A stretch of 64,000 bases of DNA from contig CM022671.1 of assembly GCA_012295275.1 (NCBI GenBank), positions 8,060,001 to 8,124,000 of the forward strand, in the 5' to 3' direction. The notes beneath the pieces are model-generated. The model saw nothing but the letters and a program-made list of their open reading frames with translations, did no database searches and was not told where the DNA came from. This DNA comes from Chrysomallon squamiferum (taxonomy: Eukaryota > Animalia > Mollusca). The position numbers and the translations under genes were made by a program. Each line of letters opens with the position of its first letter. Position 1 is the first letter of the stretch. Shown here piece after piece: positions 42,141-56,409 of the stretch.

Positions 42141-43370
42141 CATTGTGTTTTTTTGTTGTTGTTTTTGATCTAACAGAAAACAAATTTGTTGAGAGAACAA
42201 CCAGGTGTCAAGTGTTATGACATTAAATATCTCATCATAAACCTTTTCTGATAAATATTGACAAACAGCCATATCAAAAGTATAACAACATTAACAAACT
42301 GAAGAAAAAATGATCTTGTACAAAATAAAAATAATAAGTTCTTAAAACTATTCTCTTTGTTGTTTCCTCTTCTTGTTTTCACTTTCAGTTTTGTTGCAGA
42401 TAAAAACACTTTCACCTTCAGAAACTGATTTAATTTCTTATCTGCAATATCTGACTAGGTTTACACAACACTTAATTTTAATTAATCTTTTCATTTTCCT
42501 TATCAAACTTTATTAGATACTCAATGTTTTTTCTTTAAAAAAAAAAAAAAAAACAAGAAAAAAAACAAGTAACAAAAACAAACCCATTACTTACATTTTA
42601 TATGTCCAACAGTACAAAAACAACAAATGGTGGGTTTGAACTAAAATTATATATCTGAAATATTTCAGCCTGTTCATTTGAAGAGAATCTTTAGCAAATT
42701 TAGATACATTATCGATCATAATGACATCTTAAAAACGAAATGCTTTCATCTTTATTTGAACATTTACAAATAAGTTTTGTAAAACTGAATTAAATGAATA
42801 AACTAATAAACTTTCTTAATTTTTTTGTTTGTTTCTCTCACATTTTCATTTTTATTGTCCAGTTTACTGCGGCCATACTGTAACAAGTCCTGCTATTCAT
42901 TGGAGTATTATCACTGGGAACTACATTCAGTTAAAAAAAAAAAAACAATTTCATCATTTTTACCATCATGATGTGGAAAATACAAAGCAAACTGTTTTAA
43001 TATTTTGCCATGGTTATTTTTTCACTTTTTGGAGGATGACCTTATCATTGTTATTGTTATTGTTATTATTTTCAGTGTTGGAAAGTGTCATTAACAATAT
43101 ACACATTTTGATTAATGCACATAATTTTGAATCACACACTTGTATGAGTTTTCTAGAAAAATAATACAACAGTGAATTACATAGTATTTTCATGTTCAGT
43201 AAATCTTCTAAACTACAAAGTAATATTTTACTTATCTAGTTTGTACATAATGAACATCAGAGTATGGAAGACAGAAAAATGAATTAATACACATTAAACT
43301 TGTCATCAACATCTAATGTGACCTACATACTGACCTAACACTATTGCAGCTTCAATTTAAAACCTTTATG

Positions 43371-43411
<41 letters not shown>

Positions 43412-44729
43412 ATAAAAATGGAAATATTTAATTATGTATAAAAAAATGCTAACAAACGTGTAAATAATTACAATTTAAATATTTTCATTTCATTCTAAAC
43501 ATTAATATCAATTTTGGAATCACACGCATTTTTAATTCTTAATTTTATTATTACTTTTTTTAAATAGTAACTTGTGTAAAAGGAAATATATATAGAACAT
43601 AAACTCACATATTAAAAAGCTATTTATAAAATGATAAATTAATAATAATATTAGTGATAACATTTTTTTAAATCACAGATAAGAAACAAGTAGACCAAGA
43701 CACCCAGTATGTAACAAAACTTTCACTTGTCCCAACAACAGAATACACCTGGCAGTCAATTCTGACATCATTAATTTTAGCTTAAAAAAAAAAACAGAAG
43801 AAAAAATTGAGAAATATATACATACATACATTCATACATATGTATATACATATATATAAATAATAACAACTACTGTAGTCAGTAGTTAGAAATGAAATTC
43901 AAGAATTCTAACATTCAAAAATGTTACTGTACCGTTAATTAATCAGTAATTTGACCTTCTCTAGTTGGAAGATACAGAAATTAAAGCATTAAAAAACAAA
44001 TACCTGTTTTAAAAACAAAACCCTCAGAAAGTGTTAAATTAGTGTTTTGTTCACTTTAAATACAAGCAGTGTAAATGCATTAATTACTGAGATAAGTCTA
44101 ATCGATCTAAGCACCAGTATAATCTGTCTCTCTAAAAAGAAAAATCATGCACACGTAATTTAGCACTGATGACCCTGCACTGTTAATACAAATGTTTGCA
44201 GTGAAATTCCCATAAAATGTCTCTGTTTGTCACATCATAGGTTCAGAGTTAGACAGGAAAAACAATAAATTTTTTTAAAAAAATGTAAAAATAAAAAAGG
44301 AAAGAAAATAAAGAAAATAACTTTCTTGATAAACTCACTATAAATACTGAATCATGTTCATTTTATTTTCTTGTACATAAGTGAATTCTATAATACTTAT
44401 ACATGAAAATATTTATTATTTTATTAAAACCATGTTTTCATGTATTGTCTTATTCTGCAGTAATAGGTGATTTTTAAAGTATATAAATTTTAAATTCAGA
44501 ATTACTGGCCTTCTCTTGTAATCTGCCAGACTTCAAACAGAAATTTCTAAACAATAATTAATTAACTGAACAAATTAATTAGTACCGTATAAATCTGCTT
44601 AAACAGCCTGTTTTATTGTTTAATCATAATACTACCTTCTTTCATCCCTTGAAGCCATATCTTTGAAAACCATTTTTTAAGTGAATTCTTCTAACAAAAC
44701 AGTTCCATGAGACAATTTTAGAGGAATTT

Positions 44730-45086
44730 CACTGTACTATAACATCAGTCCGTTAACTTATCATTTCATTACATTGCTACACTGTAACAAAACGTTATTA
44801 CACAGCTGTCTTATTAACTATTATTTCAGTACTTCAGTGAACTGTAACAGAGATTTAACATCTGTTTGTTAACTATCATTTCAGTACTCTGCTGCACTGT
44901 AACAACACATTATTACACAGCTGTCTTTGTTAACTATGATTCCAGTACTTCACGGCACTATAACATCTTGTCTTTTAGCTATCATTTCAGTACTTTGCTG
45001 CACACTGTAACAGACATTACCAATCAGCTGTCTGTTAACTATGACAAGAGATTTAACACCTGTCGGCTAACTATCATTTGAGTACT
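44730..45086 (-). repeat. Degenerate tandem repeat (~45-61 bp period, ~7 units) overlapping the srGAP stop codon
   Basis: Core aactatcatttcagtact near 44755, 44816, 44871, 44932, 44977, 45037 (partial), 45069. Confidence 0.8.
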
Positions 45087-45998
45087 GTTGGGGGAGAATC
45101 TTGAGCAGTTTCTGGTCGCGTCGGCTTTTTCATCACAGGCGGCTTAGCTTTTATTAACGGCTTTGGTTTCTCGGCAACGGGAGGGGGGTTGGGACTGACA
45201 GTCCCGGGCGAGGCGGAGCGCACTGGGGGCTGGAAGGAAGAAGACTTCACCCCCTGGGAACTGCTGCCGAGACTTCGCCGCATGATTGAGGACGAGAAGG
45301 AGGTTAGCTGAACTGTGGGGGACTCTTCGCAGGTTTCTCGGTGAGCTGACTTGTCTGCGCTCTCGCTTCTCACTGATATGTTCCTGGGCATCGAGTTGGC
45401 TTTCTTCAGCGTGCCTTGGTTCGACTTTGCAAACGTTTCTGCTGCGCTGATGGTCGGACTGTCGGGTTCACTGCTTTCCTGAGATGACGGAGAAGTGGCG
45501 CTCTCTGCCGGTAGATCCAGAACGAGGTCCGGGGTGTGCTTTGGTGTCTGCTTCGCCTTGACGACGGGCAGGCTCATTCGCTTGGCAGACTTCTGCTGCA
45601 TTTCCAGAGACTTCAGCCCCAGCATCACCTCCTCCAGGGCATTGTCGATGTCGGAAATGTCGTCTACCACAGACTCCGTTGACGACAGCTGTCTTTTCAA
45701 GTTTTTTTCGTCTGTCGAATCGGAATCCACTTCGGCCACACTTGACATGCTGGTGTCCTTTGACGAGCCCACGCTTGTTTTGGGTGTGTCGGGTGGGGAG
45801 GCTTCCGATTCCACACCCAGAATGTCTGTCTCTCGGATTACGATGTTGGGCTGGGACACAGCTTTTTCAATCTCCTTTGGCTCTTCATGAGTTGATTCCT
45901 CGCTGAGCTGGCGCACGACTGGAGGTTTGGTTGGCAGTGAGTGAGTTGAGCTGGTTTTGTCTTCTTCACTGCTGTGACTTTTCTGTTCATCACTGGGC
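45074..45998 (-). CDS. SRGAP: srGAP terminal coding exon (S/P-rich tail with short coiled-coil-like [20 protein letters not shown])
   Basis: 312-aa ORF 45074..46012; acceptor tttgctttcag at 45999. Confidence 0.92.
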
Positions 45999-48900
45999 CT
46001 GAAAGCAAACAATCTTACTATTTAGCACTTGGCAGAATAATAATTTTGATTTTTTTATACTTCCCCAATCTCCTGTAATGGAACTGTATAAGATTTAAAT
46101 TTAACCTCAAGTCAGTGTACTGCCTTTTGTTTTGGGCTTTCTTTCCATTTTGTCAAGTTTCATTTATTTAAAAAAATGTTTGATTTTAAAAATTTCATTT
46201 TAATATAGTTAGGCCTTCAGTTTTTCAATTTGAAAGCACAGAGATATGTCTCATGTTATATTAATGACCTACAGCACCTCAGGTGACATCAATAATAATC
46301 ACTTACCCTGATTTTATACACACATATTTGTCCGGTATGAGACCCTCGCGACCATGGCAACAGCCTTCCCACCAGTCCTCAGAGGCTCGCTGGTAGATGA
46401 TCAACAATTCTCCCTTTTTAAACGACAGCTCCCGATCAGTACGTCCCTCAAAATCATACAAAGCTGTGGCTTCTATTAAGTCTGGTTCTAAAAAGAAAAA
46501 AAAAAAAATAAAAAAAAATAAAAAAATTTGTCAAGTTAGATCAGTGCAAAAGTTTTGTAAAAATATCCAAATCATTTCTTAAATATAAGTGTTAAGTATC
46601 ATTTTCAGTGATTGGATGATCACTAGAGAATTCAGAGTTCAGTTGCAGATTTTGTCTGGCAACATTCAGAACTATACTTAAATACTGTCCATAAACTTAC
46701 AGTTATAAAACTCTAAAAGTGAACAGTCCTGACAAAAATTATCAAATATACAAGAATGTATCTCCAACTTTGAGACAATGTTTTATTTTCTCCTAAAGCC
46801 GATTTTAAATTTTATATTTTTTATAATTTTAAAACAAAATATTTTCTTTAAAATGGAAAAAAAAAAAAAAAAAAAAATGTAAATAATAAATAATAACAAT
46901 ATTTGGGAAACATTCTCAAATAACATTTAGATAACATTTAAAATTTAGTTTTTAAAATTTGAGGCTCGCACACTGACATACATAAATACATACTATACAA
47001 ACACACACACATACACACATGCACACATATAATTCATAGTGCTCATAATGAACAATGGACAAATTGTATAATGTAATTTACAATGTATCTGTGATGGTGG
47101 AAACAAAAATTTTAAATACAATTTCCAAATATCCTAATAATTATTTTATGCTTTTAGCAACAAACCTTTGCTAAAAACAAAGCATGATAATAATAATAAT
47201 AATAATGAATTACACAAGTCTATAAAGAAACATAATGAGAGATTTTCCATCATACTCTTTTTGTTCACACCATACACACTAATTCAAATTATTCACAAAC
47301 ATAGGATATTTCAGTTTGAAAAGAAAATCATGTTTGACAGTATCCCGAAGTCAAAACCTGTGAATGAAACAATATTAACTTTCTATATACAAGTGAAATC
47401 TTGATTTTAACAATTTGTAATTAATGTATATGATCAGTATTGGACTTAAAAGTAGAGATAATGATTGAACAGATAAAATATGCTTTCTTTGATGAATAAT
47501 GAAAACTAAACTGATAAAAAACAGACAAAAGAAATATTTAAATATTTCACAAAAAATTCAAAACAAATACCATAACAATTATGATAATTATAAACATAAC
47601 TTATACAAAATTCAACATAACCCTGCAATTTATATTCAATTAATTTAAATAAAATTATTTTTGGCTTTTATTTAAACATTTATTCTCTTTTCAAATATAA
47701 TCATAACATAAAGTAAAATTAAAATAATAATATTAAATAACAAATAAATGATAATAATCAAAAAAAAAAAAATATAACAAAAATAATGATAAATTTTCAC
47801 ATTAAGTTTATAAAGATGCAACAGATTAGGATTAATTTATTAAACAATTGAAGAATAATTATTTCTGAGATTTCAGCAAATGTTGATGCAATCTTTAACT
47901 CTATTTCTCTATCTAAAGCAAAAGATTACTGACCATTCAAAAGGTAAAGAAAAAAGAAATTTTTTTACGTGTTAATTTCAAGCCTAAATCTATTTAAAAG
48001 TTAGCCTGAGTTAAAATCCTAAATCTACTTAAAAGTTAGCTTGATTCAGAATCCTAAATCTATTTAAAAAGTTAACTTAACTTGTATCCAAAATCTATTT
48101 CATAGTCTGCTAGACACACAATGAAAGTTATATTTGATTTCTGTATTTAAAAGGGCATGACTTTTTTCTTCTACAGAAATAACAAAAATAAAAATAAAAA
48201 TAATGGTAACAAGTAAATAAAACTGAACATGCACAAGTGTTATTATTATTTTTTAATACTTAAAATTCAGTTTATTAAAAAATGCAAACCAAAACAAAAC
48301 AAAATGACAAAGTAACATACTTTTTTTAAAGAAATGTAAAGGAAAAAAAAAAAAAAAATAACAAAAAATTAATAACTGAACAAAACCATAGCTGACATGC
48401 GAAACAAAATATTTTTGTTGTTGTTGAAGTAGTTGTTTAACAGTAAGAGTAAGCATACCAATAGCTTACCACACACATTGAACCTGCAATAATAAACACA
48501 CGTTTCTTGGGCAAAAATAAATTAAATGGAAAACAGTAAAATAAGCACAAATGTATATAGCCAGTTTTGTCACAAGCAAAATAAAAAAAAAATGGTCAAA
48601 TAAATTTTAAAAAATTAAGTTTTCTATTCTGTACAACTAAAAATGTAGCCCAAGTAATTGGCTGTCTGTGTTGAAGACATACAGATTCATTTTTGTAATA
48701 CACTGTGAATGGAAAATTCTCAATCAGGCTTTCTCTCTAACCATCCCTATCTCCCTTTTCTTTCTTTCTAACCCAAGACTCCCCTTCTCTTCACTATACC
48801 TTTTCCCTCTCAATACTTCTTCCTTTCTTTCTATCTATAACTCCAACCCTTTTCTTCTCTGTCACTATTCCTTTTTTAATCTTTCTCTCCATCCCTATTC

Positions 48901-51900
48901 CATTCACTCTATCAAGATGCCTCTTTTTTATTCCTCTTTCCATCTCTCTTTTCAGTCTTTAGCCCCAACCCTGCCCCTTCACTTCTCTTACCCTCATTTT
49001 AAAAATGTCTCTCAATTTCTTTTTTTCTTTTCTGACTTTAATACCTGCTCTTTCTCTTCCCTACAACTTTTCCCCTCCACCCCTATTCCTTTCTCTCTAT
49101 CCTAAACCTTTTCTCTCCATCCCTGCCTTTCTCATCTCCTTATACATTTAATTATTTATCCATTTACCTACACAAACCATCTCCTGTATGTCAACAAATG
49201 TAGACTGGATGAAGCCTATAATCTTAATTTTAAATCTCAAAACTGTTTCTTGAAATTATTATCTTTCCAAAACTACAGCATAATTATTAAATATTAGACA
49301 GAGGTCAGTGCAGCAAAAATAATAATAACAATTTTTTAAAAAAAATTGTAATAACTTAAAAAAAAATTAATAAAACAAATTTAAAAACACTCACCAAAAA
49401 TAGGAAAGAAAAGCTCGCAGGTGTTCTTACAGATATGTAATATCTATATGTGCGTAGATTACAGTATTAAAGTAAAATGTCTAGTGCATAGATTAACACT
49501 GCTATTTTAATCATTCTGATATATAATACAAATTACTCTTATCTGTTACTGATATTTTAAATATAAATATATATATAAAGGAACTAATTTATTAAACTAA
49601 TTGTAATATAACTGTAGTAGGGAAAGAATTTTTTTTTAAATTTTATATTCTTTATTTTACTTGTCTTCTGTCTTTTTAATTAACCCAGTTAAACATTACC
49701 AACATTTTATGCAATACATGTTTTTAGGGTCATTTTTTGATAATCATAAACCCATTGTGAAAATTAATTTTAAAATTTGACTGTATTGTAAATAATAATA
49801 CAACAAATGCTTTTAAAATGACTGCTCTAAATTTTTTTTTTTTTTTTTTTTTTTTTTTCTTTAATTATTTTATTATTATTTATATGACAATTAAACTTCA
49901 GACATCTTTATAATTATTTGTAGTTTTTAAAACTAAAATACATCCTACAATAATGAATATATTAAAATTTAAAAATAAGAGCAAAACCCTTAAAAAGGAA
50001 ATTATTACTCATTATTTTCATAACAAATGTTTTAGTTTTATTTTCAAATTATCCCAACTGCATAATAAACGAAGACATTAATTGAAGCATTTTGAGAATA
50101 TACTGAGAAGTATTTTAAACATTGTGTTATGAAGCTTTAGAAGAAAAACCTGAACACAAGGAGGCATCAAGACTTTGTCAACCATTCTTTGTTTAAATTT
50201 TAAAATAATTTTCTCACCTTCTTCATCACTAGGTATTGAACTCGTGTCATCTCCATCATGGTCGTTGACAGTATCTCTGTAAGTAAGTGTGAACTTGTTA
50301 CATTTATTGTCTTCAGAGGAATGGTAAAGCTTGGACTACTGTGTAAACCATTTAAAAGCTTATATAACTATTTTAATGACAATGATGATGATGATGACAA
50401 TGGTAAAAATAACTGTGGTTCAAATAACAAAGCAAAATGTTATTGAAAATTTATTAACACATTAATATTAAATTTTTAGTTTCAGACAGTAACTAATGAA
50501 CCTAATCAGATAAAACTCTACATCAAGTGAGTGGATTTATGTTACATTTCAGCCAGAAGCTAACAGATTATTATAACACTGATTTCTCTTATCTTCTTCC
50601 CTTAAGTCAACAAAAACATATCTTACAAGATCACTGTTCTATTAACCAACCTGCTTTCCAGAATGCACTTCTCATAGACTTCACCTCCATCATTTGGGAA
50701 TATAGCCTCATGGTTTGAGATGATGGTTTTGATTATCTCGTTTGTGCTAGCCTGGTACGAGACCTGGTCGCGGTCGGGCGGTATTGGTAGCAGGGTGGGG
50801 CCAAAGCAGATAGCCAGGTTGTAGGGATCCATCATATTCTCATCACTGTACTCTGACAAGCTGCAAGATGATGATTGAAGACAAAATGTCAACCACATTT
50901 ATTTAGCCTTTATTAAAGATTTCAGCAAGTGACTGCAAAATTTTAGCTTTACAGAACATATAATCACTATTATTTTAATATTGATTTTCCAACTGATGTC
51001 AATAAATAATAATCTGGTAAAACTGAAAGTCATGATGAAAATGTTTTAACAATGTTTAAGTGATTTCTAGAGTTGTGATAAAATAAGGCTGTTGCTGTGA
51101 ACTCACTGATTGAGAAATGCAAACAGGTATCTCATGACAATGATGGTGGGTCTTGGCAACGTCATCAACAAGTCTCGGATTTTTTCAACCCTCCTGTTTG
51201 TGTCCTCTTCTCCTACAAAGTTAAAAACAAAAAACATTTAGTAACAAAAAACATTTAGTTTCAGAAATAATCAAATAATGCTGATGAAGTTTAAAACTTT
51301 ATAGTTCATTTAGGACACAATGACAATGACTCAGCAACAAAATATTAGATATTATATTCAATACTTTATTTTAATTTCCATCTTATATTTATTAGTATAA
51401 TCCTGTTTCTGTTTTCAGGATTGGTAATCTATTTGTTCCTGCATTTTTTATTTATATTTTTTAAAACAGCTTTATCAAATAATTTAGTGGGTTTTTTAGT
51501 GATGAATGTCAAAATATGTATTTTCATTTTGTATATTGCTGTGAAACAAGAACTGTATGTGACTTACTGGTGCAGGCTACAAGCTCATCAAAGAGATGAA
51601 GAGGAAAGAGAGGTTCTCGCAGTTCTCTGAAGTACAGTTTGAGAACTCCAGCGACTGAGTTGATATCACTGGCATCCACCACATCCATCAGTGGGTCGTC
51701 ACCTGAAGTATCACACAACAGAACACATTAATAAAGATGATAATGAGATGATGATAATAATAATGAATAATAATAACAATAATAAAAACCTATTCAAATG
51801 AGAAATGTTTGTTTAAAACTGTTTTTAAATTTCTGAACAAATATAATTATTTTCTATAACAATCAAATTTTAATGAAAGAAAAGAAAAGAAAATTAAAAA

Positions 51901-52435
51901 AATGAACTGTTATACAAGATATTAACAATAACAACAACACAAAAATCAAATATCTATGAACACAAAGACAAAAGCAATAAGAACAAACCTGCTTCAAATG
52001 CTGCTTTAAACTGGATAATTTCTATCTGGGACCCAGAAACTCGGAAAATACCTTGATGATGCATACCTGAATATAAAAAAATATATCTATTACCATTCTG
52101 ACATAAAACATTACTTGATTTTAAAAATTTGTAACCTAAATTAATCTTCACATAAATTTAATAATTTACGTATGTTTATGAAGTTCCTTTAAGCCTTATG
52201 TTTTGGAAATCTTAGGGAAGATAATTTGACTGTGAATAATAAATAAAATCTACTTACCATACAAATTTATAATTCTAACACAGCTTCGAATAATCTGAGG
52301 AATTTCTTGACCAGATGCCTGAAAAAAAAAAAAAAAACCATATTGTAAAAATGTATTACATATCAGTACAACCATAAATTATAATGTATTTGATATAGAC
52401 TATATAATAGTTTAAAATTTAGCTATATTTAATTT

Positions 52436-52475
<40 letters not shown>

Positions 52476-55400
52476 ATCAAATAACATTTTAGATGATTAA
52501 AAACAACAACAAAAAAACCCCTATAACACTATTGTTTTTTAAAATTAATTGTTTTTTTTTTAAATGTTTTGAATGCATAATGTATTAAAATATATACATA
52601 ATTAAGTTTCAAATACCAATTAAACCTCTTCCTTCTTTTCTAGTTTTCACACAGCCACCATATATTCAAATTTCTTAATATGTGTAAGAAAGAAATAAGA
52701 GAAGAAAGTTAACAACTAAGCAAACCTCTATGTATTCTTCGAGACTTCCACCAAACAACTTTGGTTGTCCAACTGGAGGAGTCCGTCCAATTCGACGTTT
52801 TTTAGGTTTGGGTGGCAAAGAAGGAGGTCTGTAAAGAAAAAAAAAAAATATTAAAGTGATTATTAATCTGAAAAAATCCCCAACAAAAACAAACAGGCAA
52901 CACTTTATATCACACTGATTTGTACACTTTCATATTACTGGATCAGTATTTTTTTATATCAAAGAAACTGTTTGTACAAAAGACAGTCTACAATGAGAAA
53001 ATAATAATAACAATAACAATAATAATAATAATAATAAAAATAAATAAAAAAATAAATAAAAAAATAAATAAATAAACCTATAAAAAAGATTAATCATAAA
53101 ATTTAAAAAAATATATATTATATATTTTTTAATTATTACTAACGTATACTAACATGAGTTATATTACTGAATCGGTGGCCTTTTTTTTTTTTTACACATT
53201 TCTTTTAAAAAATTGTTAATTTATGCTAATATATGTTATATTACTGAATGAATATATATATATCTATGTAATTATTTAAGAAGCTGTTTCTGACCTTGCT
53301 GCTGGACCTGAAGATGACAGTCCATTCTCTCCAAGAGCTTTCTGTATTGCACCATGTTTGGCCTGCAGTCGAGCCAGTCTGTTACAGCTCAGTGTGTATT
53401 CCCTGAATTTCTGAAAATACACATTCAACACACCTGTCACAACTTTCTTTGATGGACAAAAAATTAAAAACATTATATTAAAAAATAAATAAATAAATAA
53501 AAATGACTTGTTATGATTATCTATGTATTAAATATAATTTAAAACTGTAAGTCTATTGTAGTCAGTCAGTTTTATTATTTTTCATTTGTTTTAAATTTAA
53601 ATGTCCATGAAATTATGAATTGTTTTCCAGCAAATAGTAATAATACAAAAATATACAGAATTCCCATCATTTATAGATATATTATTATCCAAAATATCAT
53701 GCAACTAGACAAAATGAAATTCTTTAAATATGTTCTGTCCACTGTCACTGATCATATTTGATGAAATCAAACTTTAAAAAAAAACGTTAGAAGTCCTGAA
53801 AACAAATGGCAATTTCTTCTTCTAGACAAAACCATAACCCCCCCCAAAAAAAACACGTAACATACACACACACACACACACACACTCTGAATTTGTTATA
53901 CAGCAACTGATAACAACAACATAGTAACTGCTTACTGGTAAGTTGTTTGCTAATAACAAAATAGTGACAACTTACTGACAAGTTGTTTGCTAATAACAGA
54001 ATAGTGACAACTTACTGACAAGTTGTTTGCTAATAACAAAATAGTGACAACTTACTGACAAGTTGTTTGCTAATAACAAAATAGTGACAACTTACTGACA
54101 AGTTGTTTGGTAATAACAAAATAGTGACAACTTACTGACAAGTTGTTTGGTAATAACAAAATAATGAGTACTTACTGACAAGTTGTTTGATAACCAAACA
54201 AAAAACTTACTGACAACTTAATAACAAGTGTTATGATAATAATAACAAAACAGTGACAACTTACTGACAATTTGTTTGGTAATAACAGAATGTTATGATG
54301 GTAATAACAAAACAGTGACAACTTACTGACAAGTGTTATGATAATAACAGAATAGTGACAACTTACTGACAAGTGTTATGATAATAACAGAATAGTGACA
54401 ACTTACTAACAAGTAGTATGATAATAACAGAATAGTGACAACTTACTGACAAGTAGTATGATAATAACAGAATAGTGACAACTTACTGACAAGTTGTTTA
54501 GTAATAACAGAATAGTGAGTACTTACTGACAAGTGTTATGATAATAACAGAATAGTGACAACTTACTGACAAGTAGTATGATAATAACAGAATAGTGACA
54601 ACTTACTGACAAGTTGTTTGGTAATAACAGAATAGTGACAACTTACTGACAAGTTGTTTGGTAATAACAGAATAGTGACAACTTACTGACAAGTTGTTTG
54701 ATAATAACAGAATAGTGACTACTTACTGATAGGTTGTTTGGTAATAACAGAATAGTGACAACTTACTGACAAGTAGTATGATAATAACAAAACAGTGACA
54801 ACTTACTGACAAGTAGTATGATAATAACAAAACAGTGACAACTTACTGACAAGTAGTATGATAATAACAAAACAGTGACAACTTACTGACAAGTAGTATG
54901 ATTCTGTCTCCAGCCTGTCTGACCGCTGTTTGGCTGCTTCGTGTGGAGACTTGGGTACAGGATTTTCTTCTACAAAGTATTTGCTGACGTCGTAGTCCTT
55001 CACCTGTATCATGTCCACCAGAGTCTTCTCTGTGGTCTCCAACGTTTTCCAGATCTTTAACAACAAAAACTTCACACTAAATATTTGTTTGAGAGTGTAT
55101 TTGATATTACATGTCTGCTTCCTCACACATAAAGATAAATACATATACTGCTTTTATATATATTTTAACACACACACACACACACACACACACGCAAAAA
55201 TTGCAGATTTAAACCCTATATTGCATGTAATAGGCTAGCATATTAGTAAATCAACAGAATTTGGAATATGTTACTTTTTTAAATCTTTTTTTGAAAAGGA
55301 GAGGAAAAAAAAAAATATGGAAAAGAGGTATCTCACTATGTTTTTTTGCAGATTTTACAGAATCTTTATTCTGATCAAAGTTGATCAAACCACATAAAAC

Positions 55401-55611
55401 AGTAATCAAATTTATACACCTGTAATGAATATCTTTATATGAATATCAGCTTAAGCTGGTTTATAATCTATTAATAACAAAATTTTATAAAAATATATTG
55501 ATATTGAAATTTTTATTTTCCCACCCCAACCTGAGGTAATTATGACTAATTATATTAATAACAACATTTCAGTATATATGTACAGATAAATAGATAAACG
55601 GATAGATAGAG

Positions 55612-55642
<31 letters not shown>

Positions 55643-56378
55643 TACTAACCTCATCATTTTCAACTTTGAGGGTACTCAGTCTTTCTCCTATACTCTGGTA
55701 TCGCTGTACCAGATCATCCTGAACTGGCTTTTGAGCACTGATCTGTCGAACCTGACACACAATGTTGTTAATATTAGTAATTGTTTTAAAAACAATAGCA
55801 AACAGAGAATTAAACAAACAAAAACATAAAATAATAATAAAAAAATAATATTAATTAAATGAAATAAAAGAAAGAAAATGAACCAAAAAAATCACCCAAA
55901 AAGATTTAAAAAAAATGAAAATAAAAATGAAGCTATTATTAATAAAATAAAAGAAAACACTAGTTTTCAAAAACAGTCTAAAGCCATAATTCAAAGGTTT
56001 AACTAACTGATTTTTCCTTTTTCTAAAGCAACTATTAACTGGATATGATTCTAAATTCTAATGGCTGATGCTATCATTATAAATAAGTTAAATGTAATGT
56101 AATGCAAATGGCATAAAAATATCTTATGCAGTGCTGACAAAAAACACAATTTGACTGTTATGACTGGTGTTAGCATGTACAGACTTCTATGAAATTAATA
56201 AACTGGACTGGATCTTCAGTCAGAATACATAACCAACAAATCAACATAACAACAAACTCAATATCATTCCAACAAAATATATGATGGGTGGGGAAGAAAA
56301 ACAATATAAAATCACTCTTCAAATTAGGATGTTCATAAAATAAAATACAAAAAAAAAAATACAAAAATTAATAAATAC

Positions 56379-56409
<31 letters not shown>

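Noticed and set aside
45495-45906. + strand ORFs of 131 and 75 aa
   Set aside because: Antisense to the srGAP terminal exon.
48668-49105. 145-aa + strand ORF
   Set aside because: Arises from a C/T-rich low-complexity tract that is depleted of stop codons.
53905-54901. CRISPR-like regular array
   Set aside because: Units are contiguous with no unique spacers, derive from the adjacent exon junction, there are no cas genes, and the context is a eukaryotic intron.
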